Assembly (NCBI GenBank): GCA_030704615.1
Contig: CM060733.1
Coordinates: 64,480,001-64,544,000, forward strand
From: Takakia lepidozioides
Lineage: Eukaryota > Plantae > Bryophyta
DNA: 64,000 nucleotides
Direction: 5' to 3'
Each line of letters opens with the position of its first letter. Position 1 is the stretch's first letter. The position numbers were made by a program, and so were the translations under genes. Shown here piece by piece: positions 26,500 through 39,200 of this stretch. A model generated the notes under the pieces. It was not told where the DNA came from. It made no database searches and saw only the letters and a list, made by a program, of their open reading frames with translations.

Positions 26500-26935
26500 A
26501 ATATGGCGCCGAATTTCGCGGTAATAGGGTCCGTAACCCGAAAAAACGGCGACGTATTTCGCGGCAATAGGTCTCTCTGGCGAAAAATGGTGCCGAATTC
26601 CGCGGCTATAGGTCCCCTCATGACAGGTAATTCGGCGCCATTTTTCCAGTGCATGTTCGGACTTAGCCAGTTATCGGCGCAAAATAGGGAAATTCGGCGC
26701 CATTTTTCCAGACACTGTACCAGTGCATGTTGGGACTTAGCCAGTTTTCGGCCCAAAAAAGAGAAATTCGGCGCTATTTTTCCAGACACGGTACCAGTGC
26801 ATGTTGGGACTTAGCCAGTTTTCGGCCCCAAAAAGAGAAATTCGGCGCCATTTTTCCAGACACGGTACCAGTGCATGTTGGGACTTAGCCAGTTTTCGGC
26901 CCCAAAAAGAGAAATTCGGCGCCATTTTTCCAGAA
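26500..26935. repeat. Subterminal tandem repeat (~74-bp unit) containing AAATTCGGCGCC and GGGACTTAGCC motifs
   Basis: GTACCAGTGCATGTTGGGAC recurs at 26717, 26791, 26865. Confidence 0.9.
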
Positions 26936-27089
26936 ATGGCCCCACAACTGCTTCTGTTGGATCTCAGTTTGAATGGAATATTGCCTCATTCTAGGAGTTT
27001 TGGGGTGCATTTCATTACACTGCAAAAAAAAAGTCTGATACAGCAAAATGCATTTGAAAATATCCATATGGAGGATTCCGTTTGCCCCA

Positions 27090-30000
27090 TCAATGATTTC
27101 TGGAATCCCTAAGGAGGAGTTTGTGCAGCTCGTTCACGCTCAACGCCGGTGCATGAATAAAGTCATCAATAGTCACGTTCATCCTCAACCTCTTCAAGTA
27201 GATGTAATACAAATGCTTGCACGGATAATACTTCGAACCTTCTTTGCTTCCATCAACGAGAAGTCCGTACAGTTGCAAGTCGGCTCCACTCCAATCATAA
27301 TTGTGTATACATCGTCGCGTACAGCCGAGCCGGCCATTGCCATCCGATACACACGCCCAAGGCCGGGTGGGGGTACGTCCACGGAGCTCTGAATAGTGCA
27401 AGCCATCCCAAGAGCATTGGCAATCCGAGTCTCATTCAACTTGTTGGGAGGGTGTCGTCTCTTCACTCTTTCGAATCGCATTGTGGGATGTGCAGAATTG
27501 TCCAATCCGTCTCTACTGGACCGAGCAGTCTGCAATGGCTGGGTCTGAGGAACCGGAAATGCGTGGGCCGGGATGTCTGTGCGTTGCACCATTCGATCCT
27601 GCTGCAGATAGAGCATCCGCCTCATTCTGAGAGAGGCTGCAACCCGGTGCAACAGGCCAGACGCCCGGAGGCTCCGGCATTCCCTGAATCCCGTACTTGG
27701 GCTTGCCAAATACACAGGTCATTATGTCGTGCCTACAGAACCAAAATGTCTGCGTTGTGGCGTGAGCAAATGTGGGAGTCAAAAATCTGCCGCTGAAACA
27801 AGGTGCAGGTACAGCACCGTGTGGGTTCCTCCGAATCATCTCACCACAGCGTGCTCTCGTATCCACCCGGATGGCGCAACACTTCCCTCGAAATGCCGGC
27901 AATGTCCTCGCAATTCTCCACTGTGACTCCGACACTCTTGTCTCCACAATGGGAATGTTGTATTGCTTTACTACAGATGGCTCGTTATGTTGCCGGGGCA
28001 CGCGCCCTGTGCTCAAAGGAGATGGCGATCTTGAACGTGCAGGACTTGCGGTGCTCGACGAGACCTCCTCGGGCAACATCACCGGACCACGAGGGAGCGT
28101 GCGAATATTCTTGTCAGCTCGCCATGAATCCTCTTCTCCGCCAGGTGCCTCGTCAAGTCTTCGTCTCACTGGACGGGTATGAACATCTCCTTCCAAATGT
28201 TGGCCTCTTCGCAGCAATGGCATGTCCCGAAGGCCCTCTCGCAAGGCCTCCGCCCACTTCCGAGGATTCTTCGATCTGGAGGCAGTCCGCATCAGCATTT
28301 CCTGCCTGTCCGGCCCCAAGCCCCACTGTTTCCCTTTCAAGAACTCGTTGTACCTGCATTGCTGCATAATTGACCTCACAATGTCCTCCGTTGTGGCAGT
28401 GAGGATGTCCACCAGATGCGCCGCAGAGGAGGCACGCCAGGAAGAGTGCACTGATTCGGCCATGTTTGTCGTGGGCATGTCGGTGTCGGAGTCGAGACAC
28501 ATTTCCTGCACAAGCACATGTTCAGGTTACAAGCAAGTTACAAATATGGCCAAGAATAATATCCAACGGGACGCGAATTCGTGCAACTCACCTCCCGCAT
28601 ATAGTCGCCGAACTGGAGGAAACGATAATGCCACCATGCTAGCCAACTGACCATTGCTCCTTCGTCTGATTTCCTTACAGCACCTGACGATGTCCACCAA
28701 GCCCGTATGCATGCAAACTGTGTCTCTGCATCATCCAAGGTGGGAGCGCGCTTCCACGCAAGGCACATGGAACGGTGCTCCTCTCTGAAATCTGGCGCCA
28801 CGAGCCTGGTTGTGTACTGCGAAAGGCTCTGCAGAAAATGGAACCCACAAGATCTCTCCTTGCCTTCCATGGGAACATTGGGGTCTTGCCCGTACACCCT
28901 TCGGATGGCAGCCCAATTTGCTTGTGCGTTGTCCGCCATGAAACCACGGAAATTGGGAGGGGGCAATCCCGCCTTGGCCATCTGTTCGTTTATTCCCTGC
29001 CAAAGAAGCATCTCCGATTGTGTGTCCTCTCCTTTCATCTCACAAATAGCAATTGTCATTAGCATCCTGCAGTGGGTGTCGTAGACATGTGCACCCATTG
29101 TCACCCACTGGTGATTTGTAATTCGCTTGATATGGTCGAACATGACCCAACTGTTTGACAAGTTCCCACTCGTCATCCTGTCGACCAGTTCGACGCCACT
29201 GCCAGGTCCACACGTGGACATTTTGAATACGAAACAACGATCTGCCTCAGTCCCTTGTCCTGGAAACCTACTTCCATGAATGTAGTCATATCCACATCGT
29301 CGCTTCACCTCCAGAATGGAGTGCATATCCGAGCCACGCCCAATTTTCTGTTTGCATGAGACAATGTGGTTTCGGACATTCGGTGAACATACGTGGGACA
29401 CCGACTCCAGCAATGCCTCCATTTCCTTCTCGTCGAGAGGAACTCTATCGGAGCCGTCTTCCGACATAATTCTGGCCAATGCCATCTTATGGGCGGCTTG
29501 GAGCTGTATCTGTTTGGGTTTGGCACCCGGTCTCAACTTAACCTCCTCCTGAACGAGCTGCTCTGCTTCGTGGGGCAGCCTCCCGCGAGTTCCCCCTCGC
29601 CAATTTGTGACAATGGGAACCAACGTGTATGCAAGCTCGGGTGAGGTCAGGGAAACGGTGCAACACATAGAACTGCTTGGCATTACAAACAGACATGCAG
29701 TGTGGTGGTTCTTTGCAATGCGCACACTTAAATGTGGAGTTTGGAACCTTCTCCTGAGCTCGAAATGGTTGGTGAGCTGTGCCTGTCCAATCGGTCTCGT
29801 TCCTGTGACCTCTGGATTTAAAGTGGAAGCAAGTTGGGGAGAAACACCGCAACGCGCCCGCACAAACAACGTAGCGCACCCGCACACCATCAAGCATCTT
29901 CATGCTGGTGGTTTTGGTAACGCACCAAGGATGACCGTCATGTTTCCTATCCATATCTGTCAACATTCCGGACGCCCTCGAGTAGTCCGCCCGAGGAGGG

Positions 30001-30680
30001 AACTCAAAGAAGATATTACCATCGACGTCGGCGGGAAGGCATGTAACCGATTTAATTGCGAACTTGCTGTAGTCCAGCCCGGCCAGCTCCGACCGGTGTC
30101 CTTCCAGGTGAAGCGCTCGCAGAATTTCAAGAATAGATCGAACTGCGGTGCTCGTGCTGGGAATATGACTCCCTCCTCCACTGACGTCCATTGAGGACTT
30201 GCCTGATCTCCAGGACGACCTCGGAACTTCCATGACCTCGTCTGAGTCGGACAGGTTGTGAACAACCCGGTTCTCGGTCGTCTTCATGGATGGGTTCGGC
30301 TCTGGACTTACTTCGTTGCGGACTTCTCTCTTTGAGGTACCCACTCTTTGATTCGCGGATTGTTTCGTGGAAGGCGCCAGGATAGACGGTGCATTTGGCA
30401 GGCAAATGAAGTCCCCAACAGCCCTGTATATGACGCTGTCCGATGGTGGAACTCACCATTCCCTGCCATCGCCGAAATCATCGTGGAGCCCAACAATACT
30501 CTCGACAACAAGGCCGTTTGAGTCCTTCCTTTCCTCCTCCAAAAAAACCGACCCCGGTTTCAGGTGGTATCGAACGCACAGATATTTCTCCATCACCCGG
30601 CAGGTGTCCCCTCTGCACGGAAATGAAGCTCTATGCTCGTGAGGAGGGCAGTACACTGTAGCGCTCGGGTTTTCCGCCAT
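27090..30680 (-). CDS. MULE transposase (GCM-like Zn domain, DDE core, SWIM); intron 28591-28506; a few 1-bp frameshifts
   Basis: HDGHPWCVTKT..CAGALRC..C..KCAHC..HVGSHCH; WVMFDHIKR; FMADNAQANW; CGFHF; TNMAESVHS; CNCTDF..CKHLYY. Confidence 0.92.
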
Positions 30681-30984
30681 GGGAGATGTGCACACAAGAC
30701 TGCCAGGATGGCGTGCGGGGAAGCTCCCTGGTAGAAGGGGGTGCAGCGATGGGAATGAATGCGATGCTGATTTGTCCGAGCGACGAAGCCTGATCCAAAT
30801 CCAGGGAGCCAACTATCTCAAAAATCCACAGTCAGAGTGTTAATGAACCTTGTCTCCGGAATGCGGCCCCTCGTCTTTGCGCAATAACTGCCAACGGTAT
30901 GCAGTCAGAAAGTGGGGGGCCGTCCGGATGATGACGGCTGAAGGGGAGAAGCCGGCACCGTGCCGTCACATTACTACCCCCGAA

Positions 30985-33065
30985 TGGAAATTCGGCACCC
31001 AATATCCAACAGAGGAAGCCGGATGAAGTCGCCTCGGGCGCAGAGGCCGGCGCGTGTGCGACAGAGAACATCCCCTGGATGGAGATTCGGCGCCGAATTT
31101 CCATCCGGGCCCCCCAAAGGGAGTCGTGTCGGGGGTCAAGCCGAAAACTGGACGGCATAAAAACAACCCCAGATGGAAAAACGGCGCCGAATTTCCATCC
31201 GGGGCGGTTCGGATGCAGTCGGGGAGGGGGGAGTGGCCGGCACTTGGCCGTCACATTTCAACCCCCGGACGGAAATTCGGCACCGAATATCGAACAGGGG
31301 ACGCCCGGATGAAGTCGCCTCGGGCGCAGAGGCCGGCGAGTGTGCGACAGAGAACATCCCCTGGATGGAGATTCGGCGCCGAATTTCCATCTGGGCCCCC
31401 CCAAAGGAAGTCTTGTCGGGGGGTCAGACCGAAAACTGGCCGACATAAAAACCTCCCCAAATGGGAAAACGGCGCCGAATTTCAATTCGGGGCCGTTCCA
31501 ATGCAGTCGGGGAGAAGGGAGAGGTCGGCACCTGGCCGTCATATTTCAACCCCCGGACGGAAATTCGGCACTGAATATCCAACAGAGCGGGAGAGGCGGC
31601 ACCTCTCCGACAAAGACCATCCCCGGATGGAAATTCGGCGCCGAATTTCCATCCAGCAGGTAGGTGGAATCCCGGATGGATGGAGATTCGGCGCCGAATT
31701 TCCATCCAGCAGGTAGGTGGAATGTCGGATGGATGGAGATTCGGCGCCGAATTTCCATCCTGCAGGTAATTCGAATCCCGGATGAATGGAAATTCGGCGA
31801 CGAATTTCCATCTTGCAGGTAAGTCGAATCCCGGATGAATGGAAATTCGGCGCCGAATTTCCATCCTGCAGGTAAGTCGAATCCCGGATGAATGGAAATT
31901 CGGCGCCGAATTTCCATCCAGCAGGTAAGTGGAATCCCGATGAATGGAAATTCGGCGCCGAATTTCCATCCACAGGTAAGTCGGATCGGTGGCGTATGGA
32001 TATTCGGCGCCGAATTTCCATCCGCCATGTATTTCATCGCTCAGAATTACCTTCCTGCAGGTAATTCCCGGATGAGAATTACCTTCCTGCAGGTAATTCC
32101 AATCGATGCCGGTAGGATGTTAATTCCTCGTCCAGAATTACCTGCACGAAGGTAACTCTGAGCGAGGAATTACCTGCAGGAAGGTAATTCTTATCTGGAA
32201 ATTACCTGCACGAAGGTAATTCCTCGCTCAGAAATACATGGCGAATGGAAATTCGGCGCCGAATATCCATACGGCACCGATCCGACTTACCTGCACGATG
32301 GAAATTCGACGCCGAATTTCCGTCCAGCAGGGATTCGAATTACCTGCACGATGGAAATTCGGCGCCGAATTTCCATTCATCCGGGATTCGACTTACCTGC
32401 TGGATGGAAATTCGGCGCCGAATTTCCATTCATCCGGGATTCGAATTACCTGCAGGATGGAAATTCGGCGCCGAATTACCTGCGTGAGGGAAATTTGGCG
32501 CGCCACCCTACCTCCGCGGATGGAAATTCGGCGCCGGATTTCCATCCGCGCGCTTCCGAATTACCTGCGTGGGGGTAATTTCCAGCGCCGCCCTACCTCC
32601 GCGGATGGAAATTCGGCGCCGGATTTCCATCCGCGCGCTTCCGAATTACCTGCGTGGGGGAAATTTCCAGCGCCGCCCTACCTCCGCGGATGGAAATTCG
32701 GCGCCGGATTTCCATCCGCGCGCTTCCGAATTACCTGCTTGGGGAAATTTCCAGCGCCGCCCTACCTCCGCGGATGGAAATTCGGCGCCGGATTTCCATC
32801 CGCGCGCTTCCGAATTACCTGCGTGGGGGAAATTCCCAGCGCCGCCCTACCTCCGCGGATGGAAATTCGGCGCCGGATTTTCATCCGCGCGCTTCCGAAT
32901 TACCTGCGTGGGGGAAATTTCCAGCGCCGCCCTACCTGGCTGGATGGAAATTCGGCGCCGGATTTCCATCTTGCTGCGCTCCGAATTACCTGCAGGATGG
33001 AAATCCGGCGCCGGAATTCCATCGTGCAGCGCTCCGAATTACCTCTACGTTGGAAATTCCGGGAC
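30985..33065. repeat. Array of palindrome ATGGAAATTCGGCGCCGAATTTCCAT (subfamily C) in the divergent intergenic region
   Basis: About 25 or more copies embedded in several short tandem units; central part is mirror-symmetric about ~32135. Confidence 0.95.
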
Positions 33066-33273
33066 TGTTTACGTCGATTTTCATCCGACATGGAGGGCTT
33101 CATCCGACATTTAATTGCGCAGTTGGGCAATAAATGTCGACCGCCGTCGGTTATTATTCGGGCTGGCGACGCATGGCTTCCTGGACACGTACCCTAAATC
33201 TCATGCTAATCTTGGCTTAACATGGTATTCCAAGCATGTACCCCAAAAAAGGAGATCTTTTTGGCTGGGACTT

Positions 33274-36200
33274 ATGCCGCCTGAAGGGCGTGGCTCTCCT
33301 GAGAGAGACCTCACATCCAGACCGCGGCGGAAGTTGAAAGCTCTGTACTACGGACGACGGCCAATCTCTCGCATGGCCAAACTGAAGCTCCAGCAGGAGA
33401 TTCCAGTGTCTTGCTCACAACCTGCGCCAACTGAAGCCGAGTACTCTCAGGCAAGCCACTTCTGCTTTCGGTTTGTTCGATTTATTTTTTGCTTTCGCTT
33501 TGTTACCTCGCTTTGTTTTTGCATCTTCATCCTGGCTTTGCTGTATGAGTGAACTTTAGAATGCGTGTGCAAATCCGGCAGCTCTGGAGAAGGTTGCTTG
33601 TGCATGTCATTCTCAGGCAATGGTTGCATTTGTTTTCATTGTTGTTGCATGGCTCTCCATACTTCCTAAACTTGTTATGTTTTCATTTTTGCTACATGAT
33701 TGTTGCTATGGTGGTTGCGCTGCTCGTTGCGATGCTGCTTTTTGCACCGATGTTGGTTTTCACGATTTTTTGTCATAACAGAGTGACGACGAGCCCGGCA
33801 CGCTGGTGGTATCATCGACAGCTCCAACTCATCGCATGTTTGAATCGCCCAACTTGGGGCGAGAGGGCAAACTTAAACCTTTTGTTGGTGGACGGAGGAC
33901 TTGCAACGACTTACGACAGAGTAGGCATTGGGGAGGTTGGTGCAGGCGGCATGGCAGGTAAGGGCGTGAGGACATGAGACAGCAGATCCGGCAATGGGTT
34001 GTTCATGCACATGCGTAGGGCCCCCCCACGCAAAGAAAAAGAAGAAAGCTAAGCACATGCAATCCCCGGCGAGAGAGCAGTCACGGGCTGCGGAGGGGGG
34101 AGTGAGCAGTGCGCGCCGAGGGTGTCATTTCGCCTCAATCAAAGGTGGTCGTCCTGGAGGGCTCCCCCTGCTGCTAGCCCTAGTAAGAAACAGAAAGCCC
34201 GTGAGAGGCAAAAGAGAGGGCAAAACAGACGAGACAGAATGCTAGCCAGGAGGAAAGACAAAAGGCAGCTGAAGAGGCCAGGGGTGCCCAAATGCAGATA
34301 CCATGTAAGCGAGGGACGCACAGAGACGGTGGATCCCTCCAAGACACCACATCAGAGGCATTACCACACCGGTTAGACCATCGCGGCAAGAGCAGCCCCC
34401 CGCAATTACCCATACGTGGAGAGTGTGGAGGAGAGGAAAGAACCCTGAAAGAGCACGGATTGTGCAAGTTCGAGGTGAAGCCAGGAGAGGGCAGTAGAGA
34501 CGACGAGAGTGCTGGAGGTGGTTTTGCAGGTGGCTGACCCTGTTGAGGAGGACGACATGGAGCTTTCTGACCAGGATGACATCCTCCCGGACATCCCCAG
34601 GCCCCAAAACCCGGAGCATACAGGCTGGATTTGGCGGTCCTGGTGGGCTGCCGGAAAACCCCTCTGCAGCAGACGTCATGTCTGAGGCGGATATGAAGTT
34701 GGCCGCTGCCAAGATGTTGGAGGCAACCCACACAGCAACATTGGCAGGTGCTGGGGGGCATGGTGTACCCGGCCAAGTTCGAATTCCCCTTTGCCGCTTG
34801 GTGTCATTGCAGGTGGTGAGACCTGCCCTCCCAGGCGATATCGACAAGCTGAAATTCTCTTTCCTTCCGGGATGGATATCGAATGGGGTCTGCCGCCTTT
34901 TACGTTTCCATTGAGAACGACCACGGAGCTTCCCGTGCCCACACTTCCGATGAGGTGGACAAATGGGGTCCCCATTGGCAAACGCGAAATGAGGAGTTCG
35001 AGAGATCGATTGCTAGTGATCCTCTTTTCCAGCACATGTCCGGTAAGATGTTCTACGTGTGGGACGGCAATCATCGCCTCCTGGCATGGATGGAGCACAT
35101 TGCCCAAGCCCACCCCAACGATCTCGATTGGCATTTCGCCCGTGGATTGTGTTGTGCTGAAGGTTGCGGGGCCCAAAGATCGCAGTCTTCTCAAAGCTGC
35201 AATGGCCGACATCAACTCGTAAGCTACAACCCCTCTCGCTTTTGGACTTTGAATTTGGAAGTCATTTCATTGCGAATCCTCATATATGATGAAAATTCCC
35301 ATTTCAGTATTGTTTGATGGAAATGTGGCACTGCAGGGTGACTGAGAATGCCTTCATTGCCACCAACTTGTCCCATATGCTCTTCCGAGTGAAGGATGTC
35401 GGGAAGCAGGGGGTGCAAGAGTTTGCCAATTCCCTCAGTGCCGACCTCCTGCGCAAGTCGGAGGCAAAGGCAGACAGAACCTGGTATAGGCTGAGCGTCG
35501 ACGCCATGGTGGACTACATATTTCGGGTAAAGCTCCTGACAGTTTTGTGAGCTAATCTGTCTCTCCTCCCCCAATAGAAGAAATTGTGTTGAGCAGGATC
35601 TCTAATCTTATGTGCGCATTCTTGACAGACGAAAATACAGCAGGATTTGGCACATGCGCGGAGGTTCTACATGGAGTCAGAGGAGAAGAATCCAACCCTC
35701 CCGGAACTCGAATCGTATGTCAAAGCTGCGGAGGTGAGGGCCCGCATAAAGTACAAGTCGCGGATGGTAAAGTACGTGGCCATAGCTGATCCCGCCCTTG
35801 GTGCCGACTTTCTGGTGGAGGTGGGGAAGCACTACTCTCGCGCTCTGAAGCCCACGATGACATTGGAGAAGCTCCATCGTCTAGCCACATCCTGTGTGGA
35901 TGCAACAGAAAAGGTGATACATTCTTAACAAAATTGTGGTGGCAACAACTCCTTTTTGTGGTGTTTGGCGCTTACGAATATGCTGGGTGGTTGGACAGAC
36001 CCGGTGGCTCCAAATCTGGAATGGTTCCCAAAGTACCAGGGACATGTGGAGCTTCCCCAAACCGGACAAACTCTCTGACCCACATTCGACATGTGGATGA
36101 ACCGCATGACATGGTGGTTTCAGGTACTTCCCCACGCGCTTCGTTTGGGGCTTCTACTCTAGTAGGGGGTGGATTCATTGTATTTTTTGAGGAAAGCGAT

Positions 36201-39200
36201 CTGATGGACAATCTCCACAGGTGACGACGAATGCGCAAGAGCAGCTGGACACACAAGCACATCAGTTCAAGATGGAGATATCTCCTGCAGCAGAGAGCCT
36301 ACGTGACTATGTGACGAGGTACTTTCTGCTCTACAAAAACCAACCTATTCTTTCGGGAGATAGCAGATGCTCGCCGGAGCCACGAGTTCACCGACCAGCC
36401 GAACGCGGACAAAGCAGCAATGCGCCTTCTGTACAGGTACATACGCGCTGCCTTTCTTTCAAGTCCTGGCATTTCAGGATGTTAGAGGCCTCAAGTGGTG
36501 TTAGGGAAAATGGCGCCGAATTTCCAGTCAGGGCTCCGAAAATGGCTAAGTCCTAGACTGGCTGGCCCGGAACTGGAAATTCGGCGCCATTTTCCAGTTC
36601 CAGGCCCTATTGCCGTCCAGGGACTTAGCCATTTTCGGCTAAGTCCTAGGTGGCTGGCCCGGAACTGGAAATTCGGCGCCGTTTCCAGTTCTAGGCCCTA
36701 TTGCCGTCCAGGGACTTAGCCATTTTCGGGCTAAGTCCCTAGACTGGCTGGCCCTGAAGTGGAAATTCGGCGCCATTTCCAGTTGTAGGCCCTATTGCCG
36801 TTCAGGGACTTAGCCATTTTCGGGCTAAGTCCCTAGGTGGCTGGCCCGGAACTGGAAATTCGGCGCCGTTTTCCAGTTCTAGGCCCTATTGCCGTCCAGG
36901 GACTTAGCCATTTTCGGGCTAAGTCCCTAGACTGGCTGGCCCTGAACTGGAAATTCGGCGCCATTTTCCAGTTCCAGGCCCTATTGCCGTTCAGGGACTT
37001 AGCCATTTTCGGGCGGCTGGCCTGAAAAAATTCGGCGCCATATTCCAGTTGGGCCCTATTGCCGTCAGGGACTTAGCCATTTTCGGGCTAAGTCCCTAGG
37101 TGGCTGGCCCGGAACTGGAAATTCGGCGCCGTTTTCCAGTTCTAGGCCTATTGCCGTCAGGGACTTAGCCATTTTCGGGCTAAGTCCCTAGACTGGCTGG
37201 CCCTAACTGGAAATTCGGCGCCATTTTCCAGTTCCAATTGCCGTTCAGGCTTAGCCATTTTCGGTCCCTAGACTGAAAAATTCGGCGCCAGCCAGTTGCC
37301 CTATTGCCGTTCAGGGACTTAGCCATTTTTAAGTCCCTAGGTGGCTGGCCCGGAACTGGAAATTCGGCGCCGTTTTCCAGTTCTAGGCCCTATTGCCGTC
37401 CAGGGACTTAGCCATTTTCGGGCTAAGAAAACTGGAAATTCGGCGCCATTTTCCAGTTCAGGCCGTATTGCCGTTCAGGGACTTAGCCATTTTCGGGCTA
37501 AGTCCCTAGACTGGCTGGCCCTGAAGTGGAAATTCGGCGCCATAAGTTGTAGGCCCTATTGCCGTTCAGGGACTTAGCCATTTTCGGACTCATTGTGTTC
37601 ATGAATGCAGGTACTGTAAGTTCTCCCTTTTGGAGAAAGGTCATCTGTCTTTCGAGCCACCATTCTTCCTGGCATGGAGGAACCCTGGGGCTGACTCCAT
37701 GTACACTGACGATATTGTGAAGGAGTGGCATCTGGAACATTTGCGTGATTGCCCTTGGTATGTGGACCTTCCGCCCGGCTCGCTCGACCCATCCGAGTTT
37801 CAATTGAAGCTGGATGCTGAATTCCGACGAAACCGGGCTCCGCTGCCTCCGTTGGGTGCAAAAGAGGCAAAAGCGCTTGCGAACTCCAGGAAAGCGGCAG
37901 AGCTTGCTCAGGCAGGAATTCAGGAGAAATTGCATGAGAAGAGTAAAGGTCAAAGGAAAAGGACAAGGAAACAGGTGACTGCAGTAACACCCAAAAAAAG
38001 AAAACCATCGGGGCATCGGAGGAGGCGCAGGAGGGGACCCAAGAGAGTGACTCGACGACGACTTCGTTCAAGTCCTGCGACTGCTGTTGCTCCTACCCAG
38101 TCACCGGTCGTCCGGGTTCCCAAGTCAGTTCGGAGTGGGACTGGCTCTGCCAAAGTTGGCATTTGAGGGCGAGCCTACACGCCGGTATTCGGCGGTGACG
38201 TTTACGCACAGGCCAAAGCTAGAACCTCCAACCATCATCCAATGCGTCAATGAGAGCTTCCTTGACGCTCTCGCTGCCAGGGCGAAGAAGGTGGCACACA
38301 ACAAGTCTCTGGCGGAGCAGAAGGGGAAAGCCAAGAAGAGGGCTGGCGGTACAGAGCCTAAAGACACCCCTGGTTTTGAAGCCATGATGGAATTCTTCAC
38401 GGCTGTGAGCACGAATTGCAAGAGCACTCGGGGGGGGGGTTGAGGTGGAGAGAGCTTGCGACATGATTCTCCTCGACATTCCAGATGGGGAGCTGCTGGA
38501 GGGCCTGGATGGTGTGCCCACCTGGAACAGGTTTACTGAGGACTACTGGAAAGCCGGGTTTGGGCTGGCGGGGATGCTTCTGGATGACGGTGGATGTGTG
38601 GTTGTCCTTGCCACGAGAGGGAAGACCACAGAGAATGCGGTGGCAAGGTGGACACCGAAAAGTGTCACCCCGGTCCTCCTCAGAAAATGGTTCTGCATCA
38701 GTACGCAGGGGTTGCGAACAGAGGGCCAAAGTGTAAGTTATCAATCTATTGCATTCACTTCATATTGTGGTGTATGTTAAGTAGACCCTGGAATTGATCC
38801 CTTCTTTGTTGGATGTGCAGACATTGGTGTTTGAGGCATATTGCTTTGTGAAGAGAGGGTCTACGTTCAAATTCCGCAACGACGGTCGTCTTGTTGATGC
38901 CGCTGTGGACCCTGTAACCTACGATGTCCTCTACAACTATGTGCCCCACTCCAGTATGCCGAAGGACACAAAGACAGGCAAACCGTGGCGGTACAGCCGG
39001 ACCCGGAGCCCTGCTTTCATCCAAACCCTCATGGAGACGTGCTCGGATGTCCAAGGGCGGATTCTGGACCTCACATGCGGCACGGGTAAGCCTTCACGTG
39101 CTCAGTTTGTCCCCTGGCCCCATTGCAATTGCATGCCGCAAGCTATTAACCGCCCCCGCTTTGTTCCTCAGGTGCTTCAATGTGGGCAGGGACGTTGTCC

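Noticed and set aside
30832-33197. Many overlapping ORFs (MEIRRRISI, WKFGAEF; also MRCRISV at 11.5-13 kb and 57.8-59 kb, NFGAEI at 4.4-6 kb)
   Set aside because: Translation artefacts of stop-poor palindromic repeats in all frames
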